A DNA stretch of 64,000 nucleotides. Origin: Eledone cirrhosa. Lineage: Eukaryota. A model generated the notes under the pieces. That model saw nothing but the letters and a program-made list of their open reading frames with translations, was not told where the DNA came from and searched no databases. The position numbers and the translations under genes were made by a program. Shown piece by piece: positions 1-12,000 of this stretch (position 1 is the stretch's first letter; every line of letters starts with the position of its first letter). The stretch spans positions 22,444,001-22,508,000 of the forward strand of contig OZ024742.1 of the NCBI GenBank assembly GCA_964016885.1. Reading direction: 5' to 3'.

Positions 1-3000
1 TAATGTTTGTGGTAGTGATGTTGGTGGTGGTGGTATTGGTAGTGTTGGCGGTGGTGATGTTAATGTTTGTGGTAGTGATGTTGGTGGTGGTGGTATTGGC
101 AGTGTTGGCGGTGTTGATGTTAGTGTTTGTGGTAGTGATGTTGGTGGTGGTGGTATTGGCAGTGTTGGTGGTGGTGATGTTAGTGTTTGTGGTAGTGATG
201 TTGGTGGTGGTGGTATTGGCAGTGTTGGTGGTGGTGATGTTAGTGTTTGTGGTAGTGATGTTGGTGGTGGTGGTATTGGGAGTGTTGGTGGTGGTGATGT
301 TAGTGTTTGTGGTAGTGATGTTGGTGGTGGTGGTATTGGCAGTGTTGGTGGTGGTGATGTTAGTGTTTGTGGTAGTGATGTTGGTGGTGGTGGTATTGGC
401 AGTGTTGGTGGTGGTGATGTTAGTGTTTGTGGTAGTGATGTTGGTGGTGGTGGTATTGGGAGTGTTGGTGGTGGTGATGTTAGTGTTTGTGGTAGTGATG
501 TTGGTGGTGGTGGTATTGGCAGTGTTGGTGGTGGTGATGTTAGTGTTTGTGGTAGTGATGTTGGTGGTGGTGGTATTGGCAGTGTTTGTGGTAGTGATGT
601 TGGTGGTGGTGGTATTGGTAGTGTTGGTGGTGGTGATGTTAGTGTTTGTGGTAGTGATGTTGGTGGTGGTGGTATTGGCAGTGTTGGTGGTGGCGATGTT
701 AATGTTTGTGGTAGTGATGTTGGTGGTGGTGGTATTGGTAGTGTTGGCGGTGTTGATGTTAATGTTTGTGGTAGTGATGTTGGTGGTGGTGGTATTGGTA
801 GTGTTGGCGGTGTTGATGTTAATGTTTGTGGTAGTGATGTTGGTGGTGGTGGTATTGGTAGTGTTGGCGGTGGTGATGTTAATGTTTGTGGTAGTGATGT
901 TGGTGGTGGTGGTATTGGCAGTGTTGGTGGTGTTGATGTTAGTGTTTGTGGTAGTGATGTTGGTGGTGGTGGTATTGGCAGTGTTGGCGGTGTTGATGTT
1001 AATGTTTGTGGTAGTGATGTTGGTGGTGGTGGTATTGGTAGTGTTGGTGGTGATGATGTTAATGTTTGTGGTAGTGATGTTGGTGGTGGTGGTATTGGTA
1101 GTGTTGGTGGTGATGATGTTAATGTTTGTGGTAGTGATGTTGGTGGTGGTGGTATTGGCAGTGTTGGTGGTGGTGATGTTAATGTTTGTGGTAGTGATGT
1201 TGGTGGTGGTGGTATTGGTAGTGTTGGTGGTGGTGATGTTAATGTTTGTGGTAGTGATGTTGGTGGTGGTGGTATTGGCAGTGTTGGCGGTGTTGATGTT
1301 AGTGTTTGTGGTAGTGATGCTGGTGGTGGTGGTATTGGCAGTGTTGGTGGTGTTGATGTTAATGTTTGTGGTAGTGATGTTGGTGGTGGTGGTATTGGTA
1401 GTGTTGGCGGTGGTGATGTTAATGTTTGTGGTAGTGATGTTGGTGGTGGTGGTATTGGTAGTGTTGGTGGTGGTGATGCTGGTGGTGGTGGTATTGGCAG
1501 TGTTGGTGGTGGTGATGTTAATGTTTGTGGTAGTGATGTTGGTGGTGGTGGTATTGGCAGTGTTGGTGGTGTTGATGTTAGTGTTTGTGTTAGTGATGTT
1601 GGTGGTGGTGGTATTGGCAGTGTTGGTGGTGGTGATGTTAATGTTTGTGGTAATGATGTTGGTGGTGGTGGTATTGGCAGTGTTGGTGGTGGTGATGTTA
1701 ATGTTTGTGGTAGTGATGTTGGTGGTGGTGGTATTGGCAGTGTTGGTGGTGTTGATGTTAGTGTTTGTGGTAGTGATGTTGGTGGTGGTGGTATTGGCAG
1801 TGTTGGTGGTGTTGATGTTAGTGTTTGTGGTAGTGATGTTGGTGGTGGTGGTATTGGCAGTGTTGGTGGTGTTGATGTTAGTGTTTGTGGTAGTGATGTT
1901 GGTGGTGGTGGTATTGGTAGTGTTGGCGGTGGTGATGTTAATGTTTGTGGTAGTGATGTAGGTGGTGGTTGTATTGGCAGTGTTGGCGGTGTTGATGTTA
2001 ATGTGTGTGGTAGTGATGTTGGTGGTGGTGGTATTGGCAGTGTTGGTGGTGTTGATGTTAGTGTTTGTGGTAGTGATGTTGGTGGTGGTGGTATTGGTAG
2101 TGTTGGCGGTGTTGATGTTAATGTTTGTGGTAGTGATGTTGGTGGTGGTGGTATTGGTAGTGTTGGTGGTGGTGATGTTAATGTTTGTGGTAGTGATGTT
2201 GGTGGTGGTGGTATTGGTAGTGTTGGCGGTGTTGATGTTAATGTTTGTGGTAGTGATGTTGGTGGTGGTGGTATTGGTAGTGTTGGTGGTGGTGATGTTA
2301 ATGTTTGTGGTAGTGATGTTGGTGGTGGTGGTATTGGTAGTGTTGGCGGTGTTGATGTTAATGTTTGTGGTAGTGATGTTGGTGGTGGTTGTATTGGTAG
2401 TGTTGGCGGTGGTGATGTTAATGTTTGTGGTAGTGATGTTGGTGGTGGTGGTATTGGCAGTGTTGGTGGTGGTGATGTTAGTGTTTGTGGTAGTGATGTT
2501 GGTGGTGGTGGTATTGGTAGTGTTGATGGTGGTGATGTTAATGTTTGTGGTAGTGATGTTGGTGGTGGTGGTATTGGTAGTGTTGGTGGTGGTGATGCTG
2601 GTGGTGGTGGTATTGGTAGTGTTGGCGGTGTTGATGTTAATGTTTGTGGTAGTGATGTTGGTGGTGGTTGTATTGGTAGTGTTGGCGGTGGTGATGTTAA
2701 TGTTTGTGGTAGTGATGTTGGTGGTGGTGGTATTGGTAGTGTTGGTGGTGGTGATGTTAGTGTTTGTGGTAGTGATGTTGGTGGTGGTGGTATTGGTAGT
2801 GTTGATGGTGGTGATGTTAATGTTTGTGGTAGTGATGTTGGTGGTGGTGGTATTGGTAGTGTTGGTGGTGGTGATGCTGGTGGTGGTGGTATTGGTAGTG
2901 TTGGCGGTGTTGATGTTAATGTTTGTGGTAGTGATGTTGGTGGTGGTGGTATTGGTAGTGTTGGTGGTGGTGATGCTGGTGGTGGTGGTATTGGTAGTGT

Positions 3001-6000
3001 TGGTGGTGGTGATGTTAATGTTTGTGGTAGTGATGTTGGTGGTGGTTGTATTGGTAGTGTTGGCGGTGGTGATGTTAATGTTTGTGGTAGTGATGTTGGT
3101 GGTGGTGGTATTGGTAGTGTTGGTGGTGGTGATGTTAGTGTTTGTGGTAGTGATGTTGGTGGTGGTGGTATTGGTAGTGTTGATGGTGGTGATGTTAATG
3201 TTTGTGGTAGTGATGTTGGTGGTGGTGGTATTGGTAGTGTTGGTGGTGGTGATGCTGGTGGTGGTGGTATTGGTAGTGTTGGCGGTGTTGATGTTAATGT
3301 TTGTGGTAGTGATGTTGGTGGTGGTGATATTGGCAGTGTTGGTGGTGGTGATGTTAGTGTTTGTGGTAGTGATGTTGGTGGCGGTGGTATTGGTAGTGTT
3401 GGCGGTGTTGATGTTAATGTTTGTGGTAGTGATGTTGGTGGTGGTGGTATTGGTAGTGTTGGTGGTGGTGATGCTGGTGGTGGTGGTATTGGCAGTGTTG
3501 GTGGTGGTGATGTTAATGTTTGTGGTAGTGATGTTGGTGGTGGTGGTATTGGTAGTGTTGGTGGTGGTGATGTTAATGTTTGTGGTAGTGATGTTGGTGG
3601 TGGTGGTATTGGTAGTGTTGGTGGTGGTGATGCTGGTGGTGGTGGTATTGGCAGTGTTGGTGGTGGTGATGTTAATGTTTGTGGTAGTGATGTTGGTGGT
3701 GGTGGTATTGGCAGTGTTGGTGGTGTTGATGTTAGTGTTTGTGGTAGTGATGTTGGTGGTGGTGGTATTGGCAGTGTTGGTGGTGTTGATGTTAGTGTTT
3801 GTGGTAGTGATGTTGGTGGTGGTGGTATTGGTAGTGTTGGCGATGGTGATGTTAGTGTTTGTGGTAGTGATGTTGGTGGTGGTGGTATTGGCAGTGTTGG
3901 TGGTGGTGATGTTAGTGTTTGTGGTAGTGATGTTGGTGGTGGTGGTATTGGCAGTGTTGGTGGTGGTGATGTTAGTGTTTGTGGTAGTGATGTTGGTGGT
4001 GGTGGTATTGGTAGTGTTGGCGATGGTGATGTTAGTGTTTGTGGTAGTGATGTTGGTGGTGGTGGTATTGGCAGTGTTGGCGGTGGTGATGTTAATGTTT
4101 GTGGTAGTGATGTTGGTGGTGGTGGTATTGGTAGTGTTGGTGGTGGTGATGTTAGTGTTTGTGGTAGTGATGTTGGTGGTGGTGGTATTGGTAGTGTTGG
4201 CGATGGTGATGTTAGTGTTTGTGGTAGTGATGTTGGTGTGGTGGTATTGGCAGTGTTGGTGGTGGTGATGTTAGTGTTTGTGGTAGTGATGTTGGTGGTG
4301 GTGGTATTGGCAGTGTTGGTGGTGGTGATGTTAGTGTTTGTGGTAGTGATGTTGGTGGTGGTGGTATTCGTAGTGTTGGCGGTGGTGATGTTAGTGTTTG
4401 TGGTAGTGATGTTGGTGGTGGTGGTATTGGCAGTGTTGGCGGTGGTGATGTTAGTGTTTGTGGTAGTGATGTTGGTGGTGGTGGTATTGGTAGTGTTGGT
4501 GGTGTTGATGTTAGTGTTTGTGGTAGTGATGTTGATGGTGGTGGTATTGGTAGTGTTGGTGGTGTTGATGTTAGTGTTTGTGGTAGTGATGTTGGTGGTG
4601 GTGGTATTGGCAGTGTTGGTGGTGGTGATGTTAGTGTTTGTGGTAGTGATGCTGGTGGTGGTGGTATTGGCAGTGTTGGCGGTGGTGATGTTAGTGTTTG
4701 TGGTAGTGATGTTGGTGGTGGTGGTATTGGCAGTGTTGGCGGTGGTGATGTTAGTGTTTGTGGTAGTGATGTTGGTGGTGGTGGTATTGGCAGTGTTGGC
4801 GGTGGTGATGTTAGTGTTTGTGGTAGTGATGTTGGTGGTGGTGGTATTGGCAGTGTTGGTCACGGTGGTGATGTTAGTGTTTGTGGTAGTGATGTTGGTG
4901 GTGGTGGTATTGGCAGTGTTGGTGGTGTTGATGTTAGTGTTTGTTGTAGTGATGTTGGTGGTGGTGGTATTGGCAGTGTTGGCGGTGTTGATGTTAATGT
5001 TTGTGGTAGTGATGTTGGTGGGGGTGGTATTGGCAGTGTTGGCGGTGGTGATGTTAATGTTTGTGGTAGTGATGTTGGTGGTGGTGGTATTGGCAGTGTT
5101 GGCGGTGTTGATGTTAATGTTTGTGGTAGTGATGTTGGTGGTGGTGGTATTGGCAGTGTTGGTGGTGGTGATGTTAGTGTTTGTGGTAGTGATGCTGGTG
5201 GTGGTGGTATTGGCAGTGTTGGCGGTGGTGATGTTAGTGTTTGTGGTAGTGATGTTGGTGGTGGTGGTATTGGCAGTGTTGGCGGTGGTGATGTTAGTGT
5301 TTGTGGTAGTGATGTTGGTGTGGTGGTATTGGCAGTGTTGGTGGTGGTGATGTTAGTGTTTGTGGTAGTGATGTTGGTGGTGGTGGTATTGGTAGTGTTG
5401 GCGGTGTTGATGTTAATGTTTGTGGTAGTGATGTTGGTGGTGGTGGTATTGGTAGTGTTGGCGGTGGTGATGTTAGTGTTTGTGGTATTGATGTTGGTGG
5501 TGGTGGTATTGGTAGTGTTGGTGGTGTTGATGTTAGTGTTTGTGGTAGTGATGTTGGTGGTGGTGGTATTGGCAGTGTTGGCGGTGGTGATGTTAGTGTT
5601 TGTGGTAGTGATGTTGGTGGTGGTGGTATTGGTAGTGTTGGTGGTGTTGATGTTAGTGTTTGTGGTAGTGATGTTGGTGGTGGTGGTATTGGTAGTGTTG
5701 GCGGTGGTGATGTTAGTGTTTGTGGTAGTGATGTTGGTGGTGGTGGTATTGGCAGTGTTGGCGGTGGTGATGTTAGTGTTTGTGGTAGTGATGTTGGTGG
5801 TGGTGGTATTGGTAGTGTTGGTGGTGTTGATGTTAATGTTTGTGGTAGTGATGTTGGTTGGTGGTGGTATTGGTAGTGTTGGCGGTGTTGATGTTAATGT
5901 TTGTGGTAGTGATGTTGGTGGTGGTGGTATTGGTAGTGTTGGCGGTGGTGATGTTAATGTTTGTGGTAGTGATGTTGGTGGTGGTGGTATTGGCAGTGTT

Positions 6001-9000
6001 GGCGGTGTTGATGTTAGTGTTTGTGGTAGTGATGTTGGTGGTGGTGGTATTGGCAGTGTTGGTGGTGGTGATGTTAGTGTTTGTGGTAGTGATGTTGGTG
6101 GTGGTGGTATTGGCAGTGTTGGTGGTGGTGATGTTAGTGTTTGTGGTAGTGATGTTGGTGGTGGTGGTATTGGGAGTGTTGGTGGTGGTGATGTTAGTGT
6201 TTGTGGTAGTGATGTTGGTGGTGGTGGTATTGGCAGTGTTGGTGGTGGTGATGTTAGTGTTTGTGGTAGTGATGTTGGTGGTGGTGGTATTGGCAGTGTT
6301 GGTGGTGGTGATGTTAGTGTTTGTGGTAGTGATGTTGGTGGTGGTGGTATTGGGAGTGTTGGTGGTGGTGATGTTAGTGTTTGTGGTAGTGATGTTGGTG
6401 GTGGTGGTATTGGCAGTGTTGGTGGTGGTGATGTTAGTGTTTGTGGTAGTGATGTTGGTGGTGGTGGTATTGGCAGTGTTTGTGGTAGTGATGTTGGTGG
6501 TGGTGGTATTGGTAGTGTTGGTGGTGGTGATGTTAGTGTTTGTGGTAGTGATGTTGGTGGTGGTGGTATTGGCAGTGTTGGTGGTGGTGATGTTAATGTT
6601 TGTGGTAGTGATGTTGGTGGTGGTGGTATTGGTAGTGTTGGCGGTGTTGATGTTAATGTTTGTGGTAGTGATGTTGGTGGTGGTGGTATTGGTAGTGTTG
6701 GCGGTGTTGATGTTAGTGTTTGTGGTAGTGATGTTGGTGGTGGTGGTATTGGTAGTGTTGGTGGTGGTGATGTTAATGTTTGTGGTAGTGATGTTGGTGG
6801 TGGTGGTATTGGTAGTGTTGGCGGTGGTGATGTTAATGTTTGTGGTAGTGATGTTGGTGGTGGTGGTATTGGTAGTGTTGGCGGTGTTGATGTTAATGTT
6901 TGTGGTAGTGATGTTGGTGGTGGTGGTATTGGTAGTGTTGGCGGTGGTGATGTTAATGTTTGTGGTAGTGATGTTGGTGGTGGTGGTATTGGCAGTGTTG
7001 GTGGTGTTGATGTTAGTGTTTGTGGTAGTGATGTTGGTGGTGGTGGTATTGGCAGTGTTGGCGGTGTTGATGTTAATGTTTGTGGTAGTGATGTTGGTGG
7101 TGGTGGTATTGGTAGTGTTGGTGGTGATGATGTTAATGTTTGTGGTAGTGATGTTGGTGGTGGTGGTATTGGTAGTGTTGGTGGTGATGATGTTAATGTT
7201 TGTGGTAGTGATGTTGGTGGTGGTGGTATTGGCAGTGTTGGTGGTGGTGATGTTAATGTTTGTGGTAGTGATGTTGGTGGTGGTGGTATTGGTAGTGTTG
7301 GTGGTGGTGATGTTAATGTTTGTGGTAGTGATGTTGGTGGTGGTGGTATTGGCAGTGTTGGCGGTGTTGATGTTAGTGTTTGTGGTAGTGATGCTGGTGG
7401 TGGTGGTATTGGCAGTGTTGGTGGTGTTGATGTTAGTGTTTGTGGTAGTGATGCTGGTGGTGGTGGTATTGGCAGTGTTGGTGGTGGTGATGTTAGTGTT
7501 TGTGGTAGTGATGTTGGTGGTGGTGGTATTGGCAGTGTTGGTGGTGGTGATGTTAATGTTTGTGGTAGTGATGCTGGTGGTGGTGGTATTGGTAGTGTTG
7601 GCGGTGTTGATGTTAATGTTTGTGGTAGTGATGTTGGTGTGGTGGTATTGGTAGTGTTGGTGGTGTTGATGTTAATGTTTGTGGTAGTGATGTTGGTGGT
7701 GGTGATATTGGCAGTGTTGGTGGTGGTGATGTTAGTGTTTGTGGTAGTGATGTTGGTGGTGGTGGTATTGGTAGTGTTGGTGGTGGTGATGTTAATGTTT
7801 GTGGTAGTGATGTTGGTGGTGGTGGTATTGGTAGTGTTGGCGGTGGTGATGTTAATGTTTGTGGTAGTGATGTTGGTGGTGGTGGTATTGGTAGTGTTGG
7901 CGGTGTTGATGTTAATGTTTGTGGTAGTGATGTTGGTGGTGGTGGTATTGGTAGTGTTGGTGGTGGTGATGCTGGTGGTGGTGGTATTGGCAGTGTTGGT
8001 GGTGTTGATGTTAGTGTTTGTGTTAGTGATGTTGGTGGTGGTGGTATTGGCAGTGTTGGTGGTGGTGATGTTAATGTTTGTGGTAATGATGTTGGTGGTG
8101 GTGGTATTGGCAGTGTTGGTGGTGGTGATGTTAATGTTTGTGGTAGTGATGTTGGTGGTGGTGGTATTGGTAGTGTTGGCGGTGGTGATGTTAATGTTTG
8201 TGGTAGTGATGTTGGTGGTGGTGGTATTGGTAGTGTTGGTGGTGGTGATGCTGGTGGTGGTGGTATTGGCAGTGTTGGTGGTGTTGATGTTAGTGTTTGT
8301 GTTAGTGATGTTGGTGGTGGTGGTATTGGCAGTGTTGGTGGTGGTGATGTTAATGTTTGTGGTAGTGATGTTGGTGGTGGTGGTATTGGTAGTGTTGGCG
8401 GTGTTGATGTTAATGTTTGTGGTAGTGATGTTGGTGGTGGTGGTATTGGTAGTGTTGGCGGTGTTGATGTTAGTGTTTGTGGTAGTGATGTTGGTGGTGG
8501 TGGTATTGGTAGTGTTGGTGGTGGTGATGTTAATGTTTGTGGTAGTGATGTTGGTGGTGGTGGTATTGGTAGTGTTGGCGGTGGTGATGTTAATGTTTGT
8601 GGTAGTGATGTTGGTGGTGGTGGTATTGGTAGTGTTGGCGGTGTTGATGTTAATGTTTGTGGTAGTGATGTTGGTGGTGGTGGTATTGGTAGTGTTGGCG
8701 GTGGTGATGTTAATGTTTGTGGTAGTGATGTTGGTGGTGGTGGTATTGGCAGTGTTGGTGGTGTTGATGTTAGTGTTTGTGGTAGTGATGTTGGTGGTGG
8801 TGGTATTGGCAGTGTTGGCGGTGTTGATGTTAATGTTTGTGGTAGTGATGTTGGTGGTGGTGGTATTGGTAGTGTTGGTGGTGATGATGTTAATGTTTGT
8901 GGTAGTGATGTTGGTGGTGGTGGTATTGGTAGTGTTGGTGGTGATGATGTTAATGTTTGTGGTAGTGATGTTGGTGGTGGTGGTATTGGCAGTGTTGGTG

Positions 9001-12000
9001 GTGGTGATGTTAATGTTTGTGGTAGTGATGTTGGTGGTGGTGGTATTGGTAGTGTTGGTGGTGGTGATGTTAATGTTTGTGGTAGTGATGTTGGTGGTGG
9101 TGGTATTGGCAGTGTTGGCGGTGTTGATGTTAGTGTTTGTGGTAGTGATGCTGGTGGTGGTGGTATTGGCAGTGTTGGTGGTGTTGATGTTAGTGTTTGT
9201 GGTAGTGATGCTGGTGGTGGTGGTATTGGCAGTGTTGGTGGTGGTGATGTTAGTGTTTGTGGTAGTGATGTTGGTGGTGGTGGTATTGGCAGTGTTGGTG
9301 GTGGTGATGTTAATCTTTGTGGTAGTGATGCTGGTGGTGGTGGTATTGGTAGTGTTGGCGGTGTTGATGTTAATGTTTGTGGTAGTGATGTTGGTGTGGT
9401 GGTATTGGTAGTGTTGGTGGTGTTGATGTTAATGTTTGTGGTAGTGATGTTGGTGGTGGTGATATTGGCAGTGTTGGTGGTGGTGATGTTAGTGTTTGTG
9501 GTAGTGATGTTGGTGGTGGTGGTATTGGTAGTGTTGGTGGTGGTGATGTTAATGTTTGTGGTAGTGATGTTGGTGGTGGTGGTATTGGTAGTGTTGGCGG
9601 TGGTGATGTTAATGTTTGTGGTAGTGATGTTGGTGGTGGTGGTATTGGTAGTGTTGGCGGTGTTGATGTTAATGTTTGTGGTAGTGATGTTGGTGGTGGT
9701 GGTATTGGTAGTGTTGGTGGTGGTGATGCTGGTGGTGGTGGTATTGGCAGTGTTGGTGGTGTTGATGTTAGTGTTTGTGTTAGTGATGTTGGTGGTGGTG
9801 GTATTGGCAGTGTTGGTGGTGGTGATGTTAATGTTTGTGGTAATGATGTTGGTGGTGGTGGTATTGGCAGTGTTGGTGGTGGTGATGTTAATGTTTGTGG
9901 TAGTGATGTTGGTGGTGGTGGTATTGGTAGTGTTGGCGGTGGTGATGTTAATGTTTGTGGTAGTGATGTTGGTGGTGGTGGTATTGGTAGTGTTGGTGGT
10001 GGTGATGCTGGTGGTGGTGGTATTGGCAGTGTTGGTGGTGTTGATGTTAGTGTTTGTGTTAGTGATGTTGGTGGTGGTGGTATTGGCAGTGTTGGTGGTG
10101 GTGATGTTAATGTTTGTGGTAATGATGTTGGTGGTGGTGGTATTGGCAGTGTTGGTGGTGGTGATGTTAATGTTTGTGGTAGTGATGTTGGTGGTGGTGG
10201 TATTGGCAGTGTTGGTGGTGTTGATGTTAGTGTTTGTGGTAGTGATGTTGGTGGTGGTGGTATTGGCAGTGTTGGTGGTGGTGATGTTAGTGTTTGTGGT
10301 AGTGATGTTGGTGGTGGTGGTATTGGCAGTGTTGGTGGTGTTGATGTTAGTGTTTGTGGTAGTGATGTTGGTGGTGGTGGTATTGGCAGTGTTGGCGGTG
10401 GTGATGTTAATGTTTGTGGTAGTGATGTAGGTGGTGGTGGTATTGGCAGTGTTGGCGGTGTTGATGTTAATGTTTGTGGTAGTGATGTTGGTGGTGGTGG
10501 TATTGGTAGTGTTGGCGGTGTTGATGTTAATGTTTGTGGTAGTGATGTTGGTGGTGGTGGTATTGGTAGTGTTGGTGGTGGTGATGTTAATGTTTGTGGT
10601 AGTGATGTTGGTGGTGGTGGTATTGGTAGTGTTGGCGGTGTTGATGTTAATGTTTGTGGTAGTGATGTTGGTGGTGGTGGTATTGGTAGTGTTGGCGGTG
10701 GTGATGTTAATGTTTGTGGTAGTGATGTTGGTGGTGGTGGTATTGGCAGTGTTGGTGGTGTTGATGTTAGTGTTTGTGGTAGTGATGTTGGTGGTGGTGG
10801 TATTGGTAGTGTTGGCGGTGGTGATGTTAATGTTTGTGGTAGTGATGTAGGTGGTGGTGGTATTGGCAGTGTTGGCGGTGTTGATGTTAATGTTTGTGGT
10901 AGTGATGTTGGTGGTGGTGGTATTGGTAGTGTTGGCGGTGTTGATGTTAATGTTTGTGGTAGTGATGTTGGTGGTGGTGGTATTGGTAGTGTTGGTGGTG
11001 GTGATGTTAATGTTTGTGGTAGTGATGTTGGTGGTGGTGGTATTGGTAGTGTTGGCGGTGTTGATGTTAATGTTTGTGGTAGTGATGTTGGTGGTGGTTG
11101 TATTGGTAGTGTTGGCGGTGTTGATGTTAATGTTTGTGGTAGTGATGTTGGTGTGGTGCTATTGGTAGTGTTGGTGGTGGTGATGTTAGTGTTTGTGGTA
11201 GTGATGTTGGTGGTGGTGGTATTGGTAGTGTTGATGGTGGTGATGTTAATGTTTGTGGTAGTGATGTTGGTGGTGGTGGTATTGGTAGTGTTGGTGGTGG
11301 TGATGCTGGTGGTGGTGGTATTGGTAGTGTTGGCGGTGTTGATGTTAATGTTTGTGGTAGTGATGTTGGTGGTGGTGATATTGGCAGTGTTGGTGGTGGT
11401 GATGTTAGTGTTTGTGGTAGTGATGTTGGTGGTGGTGGTACTGGTAGTGTTGGTGGTGTTGATGTTAGTGTTTGTGGTAGTGATGTTGGTGGTGGTGGTA
11501 TTGGTAGTGTTGGTGGTGGTGATGCTGGTGGTGGTGGTATTGGCAGTGTTGGTGGTGGTGATGTTAATGTTTGTGGTAGTGATGTTGGTGGTGGTGGTAT
11601 TGGTAGTGTTGGCGGTGTTGATGTTAATGTTTGTGGTAGTGATGTTGGTGGTGGTGGTATTGGTAGTGTTGGTGGTGGTGATGCTGGTGGTGGTGGTATT
11701 GGCAGTGTTGGTGGTGGTGATGTTAATGTTTGTGGTAATGATGTTGGTGGTGGTGGTATTGGTAGTGTTGGTGGTGGTGATGTTAATGTTTGTGGTAGTG
11801 ATGTTGGTGGTGGTGGTATTGGTAGTGTTGGTGGTGGTGATGCTGGTGGTGGTGGTATTGGCAGTGTTGGTGGTGGTGATGTTAATGTTTGTGGTAGTGA
11901 TGTTGGTGGTGGTGGTATTGGCAGTGTTGGTGGTGTTGATGTTAGTGTTTGTGGTAGTGATGTTGGTGGTGGTGGTATTGGTAGTGTTGGTGGTGGTGAT

